DNA of 64,000 bases from Spirochaetales bacterium (GCA_046538735.1 JBKHII010000003.1:18458-82457), one strand, 5' to 3'; shown: positions 19,159-27,779, counted from the stretch's first letter. The notes: a model not told the origin generated them from the sequence alone. Translations and numbers: made by a program.

Positions 19159-20448
19159 CTAGAATAGCACGCGCACCGGGTTCTCTACGATCCGCTTCAG
19201 CTCGGACAGGAAGCGACCGCCGGCGGCACCGTCGATGACGCGGTGATCGCACGAGAGCGTCATCTTCATGATCTGCGCGACGTCGATCTCGTCGTCGTCG
19301 TTGACGACGACGGCTTTCGCAATCTCACCCACCGCGAGAATCGCCGATCCGGGTGGATTGATGATCGCCGTGAACTCCTCGATTCCGAATGAACCGAGGT
19401 TGCTGATCGTGAACGTCGCTCCGGTGTACTCCTCAGGCTGCAGCTTGCCCGCTCCGGCCTTGGAGATCAACTCCTTCAGCTCGCGGTCGATGGCAACAAT
19501 GCCCTTATTGCCGCAATTGCGGACGACCGGCGTGATCAGCCCGTTCCCGAGATCGACCGCGAGGCCGATGTCGATCGAGCCGAACTGCAGGATGTGGTCA
19601 CCCTGCCAACTCGCGTTCGCCTCCGGATGGCGCTTGAGCGCCTCCGCGGCAAACTTGATGAGGAAGGCGTTGAAGCCGACCTTCTCGGGAAGCTCGGCGT
19701 TGAGCTGCTTCCGTGCCGTGATCGCCGCGTCCATCTTCACGCTGTTCTTCAGGTAGTAGTGGGGTGCCGTGAACTTGCTCTCCGCAAGCCGACGGGCGAT
19801 CACCGCGCGCTTGCCGGTCACGGGAACCGTGACGTTGCTGCCCGGCTGCATCGCAGCGGCTGCGGCGAAGCCGCCCGTGGACGGCCCGCCTGCGGCCGCG
19901 CCGGGCGTGAAACTCTCTACGTCGCTCTTCACGACGCGCCCCCCGGGACCGCTTCCTGAGACCTGGCCGATGTCGATACGTCGCTCGGCGGCAATCTTCT
20001 TCGCAAGCGGCGAGGCCTTCACCGCTGCGCCCGAGGCGGGCGCCGTCGCGTCGGTCTGCGGAGGGGAAGCAGTCGCGCCCGTCTGCGGAGCCGCGCCCGC
20101 ACCCGGGGCCTGTGGTGCCCCGGCAGGGGCGCCGGTTTCTTCCTTCTCCACGGCCGGGGATTCGGCGGGAACGTGCTCGGCCTCGGCAACGAGCGCGGCG
20201 ATGTCCTCGCCCTCCTCGCCGAGGATGGCGATCGTGTCACCCACCTTGGAGGCGCTGCCCTCTCCCCGGATGATCTTCAGGAGCGTTCCCTCCTGGGTGG
20301 ACTCGTAGTCCATGGTCGCCTTGTCGGTCTCGACCTCGCAGAGGAGATCTCCCGAGGAGACGCTGTCGCCTTCCTTCTTATTCCAACTCACGATCGTGCC
20401 CTCTTCCATGGTTGGAGAGAGCGCAGTCATCAATACCTTCTCTGCCAT
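19159..20448 (-). CDS. pdhC: Dihydrolipoamide acyltransferase (E2) of the pyruvate dehydrogenase-type complex
   Basis: N-terminal lipoyl domain 'CEVETDKATMDYES', Ala/Pro-rich linker, E3-binding 'ASPLAKKIAAERRIDI', catalytic 'LSCDHRVIDGA'. Confidence 0.9.
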   Translation of the reverse strand: MAEKVLMTALSPTMEEGTIVSWNKKEGDSVSSGDLLCEVETDKATMDYESTQEGTLLKIIRGEGSASKVGDTIAILGEEGEDIAALVAEAEHVPAESPAVEKEETGAPAGAPQAPGAGAAPQTGATASPPQTDATAPASGAAVKASPLAKKIAAERRIDIGQVSGSGPGGRVVKSDVESFTPGAAAGGPSTGGFAAAAAMQPGSNVTVPVTGKRAVIARRLAESKFTAPHYYLKNSVKMDAAITARKQLNAELPEKVGFNAFLIKFAAEALKRHPEANASWQGDHILQFGSIDIGLAVDLGNGLITPVVRNCGNKGIVAIDRELKELISKAGAGKLQPEEYTGATFTISNLGSFGIEEFTAIINPPGSAILAVGEIAKAVVVNDDDEIDVAQIMKMTLSCDHRVIDGAAGGRFLSELKRIVENPVRVLF

Positions 20449-20457
20449 GTCCGACTC

Positions 20458-21441
20458 CTATTCCATGTAGAGGACGCGCTTCGCAGCCGCGACGATCTTC
20501 TCAACGCTCGGCTGAACCGCGAGCTCCAGATTGTGATTGTACGGCATGGGGACGTCCTCGCTCGCGACGAGCTCTACCTGAGCGTCCAGCATGTCGAAGC
20601 AGTTCTTGCTGATGAGCCACGCGACGTGGCTGCCGAAGCTCGCCACCGGCCACGCTTCGTCAACGACGACGGCGCGGTTGGTCTTCCGCACGGAGGCGTA
20701 GATCGCCTCTTCGTCGAGCGGGCGGAGCGAGCGAAGGTCGATCACTTCGGCGTCAACGCCGAGCTTCTCGAGCTCCGCCGCCGCCTCGAGAACCATTCTC
20801 ACCGGTTTCGAGTAGCTGATGAGCGTGACCTCGCTCCCCTCGCGCTTCACGTCGGCCTTGCCCAGGGGGATCGTGTACTCCTCCTCGGGAACCTCTCCGG
20901 TCCACGCGTACGCCATCTCGCTTTCAAGGAGCACGACCGGGTTGTCGTCGCGAATCGCGCTCTTGAGGATCCCCTTTGCGTCGTACGGCGTGGCGTACGA
21001 GGCGACTTTGAGCCCCGGGATATGGACGAAGAGGCTCTGGAGCGCCTGCGAGTGTTGGCTGGACAGGTACTCCGCGGGACCGTTCGGTCCGCGAAAGACG
21101 ATCGGCACGTTGAGCTGTCCGCCCGACATGTGCCGCATCTTCGCCGCATTGTTGATCACCTGATCGAGCGCGAGGAGCGAGAAGTTGAACGTCATCCACT
21201 CAACGACCGGTCGGAGCCCGACCGTCGCGGCCCCCACGGCGAGCCCGGTGAAGCCGAGCTCGGCGATCGGGGTGTCGAGCACGCGCGGCGCGCCGTACTT
21301 GTCCAGCAGCCCGCGCGTCACCTTGTAGGCGCCGTTGTACTCCCCGACCTCTTCACCGAGGATGAAGACTCGTTCGTCGCGAGCCATCTCTTCGTCCAGG
21401 GCCTGATTGAGGGCCTCTCGTATGCTGATTTCCGCCATCAT
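20458..21441 (-). CDS. pdhB: Pyruvate dehydrogenase E1 component beta subunit
   Basis: 'REALNQALDEEM..DERVFILGEEVGEYNGAYKVTRGL' and 'VLDTPIAELGFTG' are typical of heterotetrameric E1 beta. Confidence 0.95.
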   Translation of the reverse strand: MMAEISIREALNQALDEEMARDERVFILGEEVGEYNGAYKVTRGLLDKYGAPRVLDTPIAELGFTGLAVGAATVGLRPVVEWMTFNFSLLALDQVINNAAKMRHMSGGQLNVPIVFRGPNGPAEYLSSQHSQALQSLFVHIPGLKVASYATPYDAKGILKSAIRDDNPVVLLESEMAYAWTGEVPEEEYTIPLGKADVKREGSEVTLISYSKPVRMVLEAAAELEKLGVDAEVIDLRSLRPLDEEAIYASVRKTNRAVVVDEAWPVASFGSHVAWLISKNCFDMLDAQVELVASEDVPMPYNHNLELAVQPSVEKIVAAAKRVLYME

Positions 21442-21449
21442 CGGGCTCC

Positions 21450-22472
21450 TTACACGTAGATATCTTCGTAGATGGTTTCGAGAGCCGGCTCGTCGCTCGA
21501 CTCCGCAAAATCCACGGCATCCTGGACGATCGCCTTCACTTCATCGTCGACCTTCTTGTACTCGTCGTCCGTGAGCACCTTCGCGTCCTGCATTCCGGCC
21601 TTGAGGATCAGGATCGGATCCTGCTGCTGATACGCCTCGAGCTCGTCGCGAGTGCGATACTTAGCGGGATCGCTCATCGAGTGTCCCTTGTACCGGTAGG
21701 TCTTCGCGTCGATCAGGATCGGCGTCTGTTCCTTCTTGGCGCGCTCTGCCGCGGCCTTGATGCCGTCGTGCATCGCGATGACGTTCATGCCGTCCAGCGT
21801 GATCCCGGGCATTCGGAAGCCGGTAGCCTTCACGGCGAAGTCCTCGATCGCAGAGACACGCTTCACGGCGGTGCCCATGCCGAACTGGTTGTTCTCAACG
21901 ATGTAGATCGCAGGCAGATTCCAGACCGACGCGAGATTCAGCGACTCGTGGAACGCTCCCTGGTGAATCGCCCCGTCACCGAAGAAGCAGAGCGTCACAC
22001 CGGTCTCCTTCTGATTCATCACCTTGCTCCGGTACATCTGCGCGAAGGCGACGCCGGTTGCCATGGGGATCTGCGCGCCGACGATACCGTTCCCGCCAAG
22101 AAAGTGCTTCTCGGCGCTGAACATGTGCATGGAGCCGCCCTTTCCGCGCGAACAGCCGGTGATCCTGCCGTAGAGCTCCGCCATGATCGCACGCGGCTCC
22201 ATGCCGACAGCGAGCGCGTGCCCGTGGTCGCGATACGCCGTGAGCACGTAATCGTGCGCGAGGTCGAGCGCGCCAATCGCCCCCACGGCGACCGCCTCCT
22301 GACCGTTGTAGAGGTGGCAGAATCCGCCGATCTTTCGCAGGCCGTACATCTGCGCGGCCTTCTCCTCGAATCTCCTGATCAGCATCATCTGCCGAAGGAG
22401 CGGCATCAGGAACTCCTTCTTGTGGTTCCCAACGCCCTTCACCGTCTGTACTCGTGTTTCAACATCAGCCAT
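21450..22472 (-). CDS. pdhA: Pyruvate dehydrogenase E1 component alpha subunit
   Basis: 'GFCHLYNGQEAVAVG', 'GKGGSMH', TPP motif 'FFGDGAIHQGAFHESLNLASVWNLPAIYIVENNQFGMGT', phospholoop-like 'YRYKGHSMSDP'. Confidence 0.95.
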   Translation of the reverse strand: MADVETRVQTVKGVGNHKKEFLMPLLRQMMLIRRFEEKAAQMYGLRKIGGFCHLYNGQEAVAVGAIGALDLAHDYVLTAYRDHGHALAVGMEPRAIMAELYGRITGCSRGKGGSMHMFSAEKHFLGGNGIVGAQIPMATGVAFAQMYRSKVMNQKETGVTLCFFGDGAIHQGAFHESLNLASVWNLPAIYIVENNQFGMGTAVKRVSAIEDFAVKATGFRMPGITLDGMNVIAMHDGIKAAAERAKKEQTPILIDAKTYRYKGHSMSDPAKYRTRDELEAYQQQDPILILKAGMQDAKVLTDDEYKKVDDEVKAIVQDAVDFAESSDEPALETIYEDIYV

Positions 22473-22917
22473 TGCCGCCCCCCAGCTTGATCTCGTGACG
22501 CTCTCCGGTCATCGGCCTCATGTACCGCAGCTCCTCGATGCTCGTCTCGAGCACGACCATCTTCCCCTCGTCCGGGTTCAGGTGCCAGAACGTCGCGAGG
22601 TGACCGCCGATCGCCTCGAGCACCTCGGCTTTCACGGACGGATTGTCGATCGCCTGCATGGGCCCACGGGCGATGACGATCTCGTCCAGGCTCTTGCTCT
22701 GCAGCATCCACTCTACGTGAGCATTGCCGTCGATCTCTTTCGCCTTGGGGAACTCGGGCGACGTTACCGCGTAGAGAAAGCCGTCACGTCCGCGGACGAT
22801 GCCCGGCGTCATCCACCGCATGTGCGGCCTTCCGTCCACGTCTACGGTCGCAAGCACTGCGATCTTGGAGTCTTCGAGGACACGCTCCAAGGTGTCCAGC
22901 ATTGATCTTGAGTCCAT
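22465..22917 (-). CDS. Pyridoxamine 5'-phosphate oxidase-like / general stress protein 26 family protein
   Basis: Start at ATG 22917, directly after AAGGAGGAGGAG. 'KIAVLATVDVDGRPHMRWM' and a split-barrel-like pattern. Overlaps the pdhA start by 8 nt. The track ORF's upstream 104 codons lie in the promoter region. Confidence 0.65.
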   Translation of the reverse strand: MDSRSMLDTLERVLEDSKIAVLATVDVDGRPHMRWMTPGIVRGRDGFLYAVTSPEFPKAKEIDGNAHVEWMLQSKSLDEIVIARGPMQAIDNPSVKAEVLEAIGGHLATFWHLNPDEGKMVVLETSIEELRYMRPMTGERHEIKLGGGNG

Positions 22918-23067
22918 CTCCTCCTCCTTGGTTGCGCACGCGACGCAGAGAACCGTTCGATTGCATGGTCGTGCAGTCGCGATGCGTTCAATGTAATAAT
23001 CCCGTTTTCGATCGCCACCTTTTCCTTTGCCCGTGCCCTGGCGAGGGAGTATCATGGAATTGAGCCT

Positions 23068-23095
23068 TTGCACCTCGCATATTCTTGAGTATAAT
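23068..23095 (+). promoter_or_regulatory. Putative sigma70-type promoter of the nqr operon (TTGCAC - 16 nt - TATAAT)
   Basis: TTGCAC at 23068-23073 and TATAAT at 23090-23095. Register verified against the overlapping track ORF translation. Predicted TSS near 23102, at the left edge of the palindrome. Confidence 0.45.
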
Positions 23096-23098
23096 GCT

Positions 23099-23134
23099 AA
23101 TGGATACCGAAGTATCGATTCTTCGGTATCCATT
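23099..23134. repeat. 36-nt near-perfect palindrome (17 of 18 pairs) centred on ATCGAT
   Basis: AATGGATACCGAAGTATCGATTCTTCGGTATCCATT. The only mismatch is T/T at positions 15/22. It lies between the divergent pdh-type and nqr operons. Confidence 0.9.
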
Positions 23135-23139
23135 GTCAA
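23111..23139 (-). promoter_or_regulatory. Putative sigma70-type promoter for the PNPOx-like/pdh operon (TTGACA - 17 nt - GATACT)
   Basis: The minus strand reads cTTGACAatggataccgaagaatcGATACTtcgg. A perfect -35 lies at 23139-23134 and the -10 at 23116-23111. Predicted TSS near 23104. Confidence 0.4.
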
Positions 23140-23170
23140 GGAGCCGAGGTGAGGTCGACGATTCCATCCT

Positions 23171-24184
23171 ATGGGGGACGCTGTGATCGGTAACATCTTC
23201 CAGAAGCAGCAAGTCATGAGGCGCGTCATCGCGACGCTGCTCCTGCTGCTCGTCTTTGCGACCTACCTCTACGGTTGGCGCGTTCTCGCCATCAATGCCA
23301 TGGTAATCGCGCTCGCCGTGCTGACAGAGTGGCTCTTCGAACGGACGCGCGGAAAGAAAGTGAGCGAGGCGGTGCTCGTGACGGCACTCCTCTACGGACT
23401 CTCGCTCCCACCGCTCGTTCCGTTCTGGGTGGCGGCGATCGGGATCGTGTTCGCCGTGGCTATCGGCAAGGAAGTATTCGGCGGTTTCGGGCGCAACGTC
23501 TTCAATCCGGCGATCACCGGGCGCCTGTTCGTCTACATCAGCTTTCCGACCCTGCTGCAGCGCAGTTGGGCGGAGCCGAATGTTCCAGGCTTCGTCACGG
23601 ACCTGCTCGGCCTCAATGCAGACGCGATCTCGACGGCGACCCCGCTCGATGTGATGCGCTCCGGGGCCGCGGAGACGCTCGACTTCCGGCAGCTCTTCTT
23701 CGGCTTCCGGATGGGCAGTATGGGCGAGAGCGCGATCTGGCTCATCGTGATCGCGGCGATCTACCTCATCGTGACCAAGACCGCGCAATGGCGACTGATC
23801 TTCTCGACGTTTCTCACCGCAACGCTCCTCCACGTCGTGTTCTACTTCGCCGGTCTGACGCAGATCGTCCCGCACCTCGCGCTCATGAGCGGGAGCATTC
23901 TCTACGTCTCGGTCTTCATGACCACCGACCCAATCAGCGCGCCCAACAAACCGGGCAGCCAGTGGCTCTACGGCGTGATCATCGGAGGCACCACGGTCCT
24001 CATCCGCGTCTTCGCCGGTTTCCCCGAAGGGACCAGCTTCGGAATACTCCTCGGCAACACCTTCGCGAGTCTCCTGGACGAGATCATGCCGAAGCAGAAG
24101 CCGAAGAAGAAGCCGGCGAAGAAACCCGCGTCCGGATCGGGCTCCGCGAAACCGGCCACCGCAACCACGGGAGGGGACCAGTAG
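23171..24184 (+). CDS. nqrB: NqrB/RnfD-family membrane subunit of an Na+(or H+)-translocating redox pump
   Basis: 'GGFGRNVFNPAITGR' and the flavin-attachment-type motif 'DAISTATPLD'. At 337 aa it is RnfD-like in length. Lys/Pro-rich C-terminal tail 'KQKPKKKPAKKPASGSGSAKP'. Confidence 0.85.
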   Translation: MGDAVIGNIFQKQQVMRRVIATLLLLLVFATYLYGWRVLAINAMVIALAVLTEWLFERTRGKKVSEAVLVTALLYGLSLPPLVPFWVAAIGIVFAVAIGKEVFGGFGRNVFNPAITGRLFVYISFPTLLQRSWAEPNVPGFVTDLLGLNADAISTATPLDVMRSGAAETLDFRQLFFGFRMGSMGESAIWLIVIAAIYLIVTKTAQWRLIFSTFLTATLLHVVFYFAGLTQIVPHLALMSGSILYVSVFMTTDPISAPNKPGSQWLYGVIIGGTTVLIRVFAGFPEGTSFGILLGNTFASLLDEIMPKQKPKKKPAKKPASGSGSAKPATATTGGDQ

Positions 24185-24820
24185 ATGAACAAGGAAGGAA
24201 CGGGCTACACCATCGTTTTTATCTTCATCGTGAGCTTCGCGTTCGTCTTCCTGCTCTCCATGACGAACCAGGTGACGATCGAACGCGTGCGACTCAACCA
24301 GGAGATCTCGCGACAAGGCGCAATCCTCTCGGCGATGAGCATCGAAGCGACCGGCATCGAGGAGATCCAGTCGGAGTACGAGCGAGTGACCGGAGACAGG
24401 GACGACGGCCTCTACGTTGCCCGGGTGGACGGCGAGACGGTGTACGCGAAGGAGTTTGCCGGCGCGGGCTTGTGGGGCACGATCAGCGGTGTCATCGCGG
24501 TCACGGCGGACTTCGATCGAATCGTCGGTCTTGAAATCGTGGAAGACAATGAAACGCCGGGACTCGGCGGGCGTATCAACGAGCCGTGGTTCAAGAACCA
24601 GTTCGAGGGCGAACGGATCCCACAAGACGGCATCGATGTGGAGGCGGTCGAGGGCGAAGGCGACCCGAACCCGGACAATGGAGTCGTGGACGGCATCACC
24701 GGCGCAACGCGCACGAGCGACGCGATGGAAGCGATCGTGAACAACCAGCTCGAGGAGCTTCGTTCGCAGGATGTGCGAGACAGGCTCCAAGAGCTTGCAG
24801 CTTCAGGAGGAAACGCATGA
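24185..24820 (+). CDS. nqrC: NqrC/RnfG-family FMN-binding subunit
   Basis: N-terminal TM helix. FMN_bind domain with 'ETPGLGGRI' and the covalent-FMN motif 'GITGATRTSDAM'. 211 aa. Confidence 0.85.
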   Translation: MNKEGTGYTIVFIFIVSFAFVFLLSMTNQVTIERVRLNQEISRQGAILSAMSIEATGIEEIQSEYERVTGDRDDGLYVARVDGETVYAKEFAGAGLWGTISGVIAVTADFDRIVGLEIVEDNETPGLGGRINEPWFKNQFEGERIPQDGIDVEAVEGEGDPNPDNGVVDGITGATRTSDAMEAIVNNQLEELRSQDVRDRLQELAASGGNA

Positions 24821-25434
24821 GCGACGTTGACACCAGACCGGGAGCGATCCTCAAGAACAATCTCTGGGACAACAACCCGATCTTCATGCAGGTGCTCGGC
24901 ATCTGTTCGGCGTTGGCGGTGACGAATCTGCTGACGAACACGGCGATCATGACGATCGGTGTGACGTTCGTTACCGGAATGTCGAGCCTCACCGTCTCGC
25001 TCCTGAAAAGGTTCATGCCGCGCAAGGTCCGGATGATCGTCCAGACGCTGATCATCGCTTTCTACGTGATCATCGTGGACATCGTGCTCAAGGCGTACCT
25101 GCCGGAAATCAGCAGGAACCTCGGCCCCTACGTGGGCCTGATCATCACGAACTGCATCATCATGGGCCGTGCCGAGGCGTTCGCGCAGAGCAACCCTCCG
25201 ATTCCGAGCCTCTGGGACGGAATCACCAGTGGACTCGGCTACATGGGAGTCCTGATGGTGATCGCAGTCTTCCGCGAGCTCCTGGGATTCGGGACGCTCT
25301 TCGGGTTCCAGATCTTGCCCGATGCCTTCGTCCCCTGGACGATCATGGTGATGCCGCCGAGCGCGTTCTTCCTCCTCGGGATCATCATCTGGATCGGCAA
25401 GTCGGTCATGAACAGAGAAGGAGCCGCAGCATGA
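24817..25434 (+). CDS. nqrD: NqrD/RnfE-family membrane subunit
   Basis: Start at ATG 24817 (ATGA overlap). 'LWDNNPIFMQVLGICSALAVT' and 'GLIITNCIIMGRAEAFA' are hallmark NqrD/RnfE segments. Confidence 0.9.
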   Translation: MSDVDTRPGAILKNNLWDNNPIFMQVLGICSALAVTNLLTNTAIMTIGVTFVTGMSSLTVSLLKRFMPRKVRMIVQTLIIAFYVIIVDIVLKAYLPEISRNLGPYVGLIITNCIIMGRAEAFAQSNPPIPSLWDGITSGLGYMGVLMVIAVFRELLGFGTLFGFQILPDAFVPWTIMVMPPSAFFLLGIIIWIGKSVMNREGAAA

Positions 25435-26021
25435 CACCGGTACTCAACCCATTCTCGCTGTTTTTTGCCTCGATATTCACGAGCAACATCTTGCTCGCAA
25501 ACTTCCTGGGGATGTGCTCGTTCATATCGATTTCCAAAGACATGAAGAGCTCGAACGGTCTCGGGCTCGCCGTGACGGTGGTGCTCACCATCACGACCGC
25601 GGTCAACTGGCTCGTGCTTCAGATGCTCGAGACGCTCGGTCTCGTTTACCTGAGGTACATCGTGTTCATCATCGTGATCGCCGCGGTGGTGCAGATGCTC
25701 GAGATGATCCTGGACCGCGTCAGTCAGACGCTCTACATGAATCTCGGTATCTTCCTGCCGCTCATCACCGTGAACTGCGCGATCCTCGGAGTCTCGCTCT
25801 TCATGGAGATCCGCGACTACAGCTTCTGGCAGTCGGTCATCTTCGGCCTCGGAAGCGGTCTCGGGTGGTGGCTCGCGATCATGGCACTGAGCGCCATCCG
25901 GAAGAAGACCGAGCGGGCTCCCGTCCCGCCGGGCCTGAAGGGGGCCGGCATCACGATGATCACGATCGGCTTCATGGCGATGGCCTTCATCGGCTTCAGC
26001 GGCATGCTTCAGGTGCAGTAA
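25431..26021 (+). CDS. nqrE: NqrE/RnfA-family membrane subunit
   Basis: 'FTSNILLANFLGMCSF' and 'GIFLPLITVNCAILGVSLF' are typical of NqrE/RnfA. ATGA overlap with nqrD. Confidence 0.9.
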   Translation: MTPVLNPFSLFFASIFTSNILLANFLGMCSFISISKDMKSSNGLGLAVTVVLTITTAVNWLVLQMLETLGLVYLRYIVFIIVIAAVVQMLEMILDRVSQTLYMNLGIFLPLITVNCAILGVSLFMEIRDYSFWQSVIFGLGSGLGWWLAIMALSAIRKKTERAPVPPGLKGAGITMITIGFMAMAFIGFSGMLQVQ

Positions 26022-26030
26022 GGAGCGTAC

Positions 26031-27170
26031 ATGGAGAACACACCCGCCATCATTCAGGCACTCGTCGCGCCCCTCTCGATCGCCGGTATCAGCGCGGTTC
26101 TCGGAGCGCTTATCTCCATCACGGACAAGATCGTCAACAACTACGGCGAGCTCGTCATTGACATCAACAACGGGAAACGCGAGCTGAACATCCGGGGCGG
26201 AGCGCCGCTCCTTCAGACGCTCGCTGAGAGCGGCATCTTCGTCCCGAGCGCGTGTGGCGGGCGAGGGAGCTGCGGCGCGTGCAAGGTCAAGGTGCTGAGC
26301 GATGTCGGTCCACACCTGCCGACGGAGCTTCCGTATCTGGAAAAGGAAGAGATGGAGGAAAACGTCCGCCTCTCCTGTCAGATCAAGGTGAAGGAAAACC
26401 TGCAGGTCGAGATTCCGGAAGCCCTCTTCAACGTTCAGGAGTACGAAGGCGTCGTTGAGCGAATCCGGGACGTCACTCACGACATCAAAGAAGTCTACGT
26501 GAAACTGCCGGAGGGAAAGGAGGTGAGCTTCGCCTGCGGCCAATACGGCCAGCTCGAAGTCCCGCCCTACGGCAAGGTCAAGAGCGCAACGCAGCGTGCC
26601 TACTCAATGAGCTCCGCTCCGAGCGACAAGAACCATCTCGAGTTCCTCGTCCGGCTGGTCCCCGGCGGTATCGTCACGAGCTACGTTCACGAGCACCTGC
26701 AGGAGGGCCGGAAGGTCAAGGTGATCGCCCCGTTCGGAGATTTCAACGTGAAGGACACGGGCGCCACGATGATCTGCGTCGCCGGCGGCTCCGGAATGGC
26801 GCCGTTCAAGAGCATCTTCCAGAACATGATCGAAAGCGGCGAGATCGAGCGTCGAGAGGTCTGGTATTTCTTCGGGGCGAGGACGAAGAAGGATCTGTTC
26901 TACACGGACTGGCTCGAAGAGCTCGACCGGAAGTACGAGAAGTTCCACTTCATCGCCGCATTGAGCGAGCCGCAGGAGGAGGACAACTGGACCGGAGCGA
27001 CCGGCCTCATTACCGAGGTCCTCGCCGGCTACCTCACGGACCACATCAACCGGGAGCAGCCGCTCGAGGGCTACCTCTGTGGAAGCCCCGGAATGCTTGA
27101 CGCCTGTATGGCGGTCATGAGAGAATTTCAGATGTCGGAAGACAAGATCTACTTCGACAAGTTCGCATAG
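26031..27170 (+). CDS. nqrF: NqrF-type NADH-oxidising subunit (TM anchor + 2Fe-2S ferredoxin + FAD/NAD(P)H reductase)
   Basis: N-terminal TM helix. Plant-type cluster 'CGGRGSCGACKV...LSCQ'. FNR-like 'RAYSMSS', 'GGSGMAPF', 'CGSPGM'. Confidence 0.9.
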   Translation: MENTPAIIQALVAPLSIAGISAVLGALISITDKIVNNYGELVIDINNGKRELNIRGGAPLLQTLAESGIFVPSACGGRGSCGACKVKVLSDVGPHLPTELPYLEKEEMEENVRLSCQIKVKENLQVEIPEALFNVQEYEGVVERIRDVTHDIKEVYVKLPEGKEVSFACGQYGQLEVPPYGKVKSATQRAYSMSSAPSDKNHLEFLVRLVPGGIVTSYVHEHLQEGRKVKVIAPFGDFNVKDTGATMICVAGGSGMAPFKSIFQNMIESGEIERREVWYFFGARTKKDLFYTDWLEELDRKYEKFHFIAALSEPQEEDNWTGATGLITEVLAGYLTDHINREQPLEGYLCGSPGMLDACMAVMREFQMSEDKIYFDKFA

Positions 27171-27180
27171 GAGGTGCCTT

Positions 27181-27651
27181 GTGAAGATGTCACCCGAGTA
27201 CGCGAAGGCACAGGCGAACATGCAGCCCGGAGTCATCACTTCAGACGGCTTTCTCGGTCACGACACGCGACCGATCATGGACATCATCTCCGAAGACGAA
27301 GCGAAGATGGGGCAGCTTGGGCTCGAATTCGACGAGGTTGTCGAGACGATGCGTCACCTGATGGAAGAGGGGCGCAAGGGCCTCGGTGAGCCCGTGACGG
27401 TTGACGGCACCTGGATCGTGCAGGTCGACGAGGCTCGCGGATTCCTCGCGTCGCCATTCGAGGACGGTATCTACCGCAAGGTCAATGCGCAGGTTGCGGT
27501 CGCAGAGAACGGCCACCCCTCGGAGAGGCAGTTGCTCTTCTCGGAGCTGAGCCTTCACCTGATCGAGAAGTACCACTTTCTGCAGGGCTACGGATCGCCC
27601 TTCCGACTCGACCCGCACCGGATCAAGGACGTGCTGTTTCCCGAGCGCTGA
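27181..27651 (+). CDS. Hypothetical soluble protein, last gene of the nqr operon
   Basis: 156-aa ORF starting (GTG 27181 or ATG 27187) just after AGGAGG, 10 nt from the nqrF stop. I recognise no family motif. Confidence 0.5.
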   Translation: MKMSPEYAKAQANMQPGVITSDGFLGHDTRPIMDIISEDEAKMGQLGLEFDEVVETMRHLMEEGRKGLGEPVTVDGTWIVQVDEARGFLASPFEDGIYRKVNAQVAVAENGHPSERQLLFSELSLHLIEKYHFLQGYGSPFRLDPHRIKDVLFPER

Positions 27652-27739
27652 GCCGCTCGGGGATTCGACCGCTCTGCGACCGAAACGACGGGTCGGGCGG
27701 GTTGTGACAAAATCCCCCAATTCTCCATTACTCAAGATA

Positions 27740-27768
27740 TTGCACTTCTCAGGGAACACCCCTATACT
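27740..27768 (+). promoter_or_regulatory. Putative promoter TTGCAC - 17 nt - TATACT, 11 nt before the ATG of the GGDEF/EAL gene
   Basis: TTGCAC at 27740-27745, TATACT at 27763-27768, ATG at 27780. No Shine-Dalgarno in between. Confidence 0.45.
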
Positions 27769-27779
27769 GAGCACTGACC

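Noticed and set aside
19690-20130. Repetitive Ala/Pro/Gly/Thr-rich stretch that looks like a tandem repeat at the DNA level
   Set aside because: It is the flexible inter-domain linker region of the E2 acyltransferase, between the lipoyl and E3-binding domains. This is ordinary low complexity, not a repeat element.
23099-23134. The 36-nt palindrome read as an intrinsic terminator, or as a Rex or PdhR operator
   Set aside because: It lies between two divergent gene starts, not after a gene, and has no U-tract. Its sequence does not match the Rex (TTGTGAA-n6-TTCACAA) or PdhR (AATTGGT-n3-ACCAATT) consensus as I recall them. It is therefore kept as an unassigned operator or 5'-hairpin.
22988-24790. 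600-aa minus-strand ORF
   Set aside because: It is antisense to nqrB and nqrC and runs through the promoter region. The composition is Arg/Asp/His-biased and it has no recognisable domain. The sense-strand genes carry clear Nqr/Rnf motifs.
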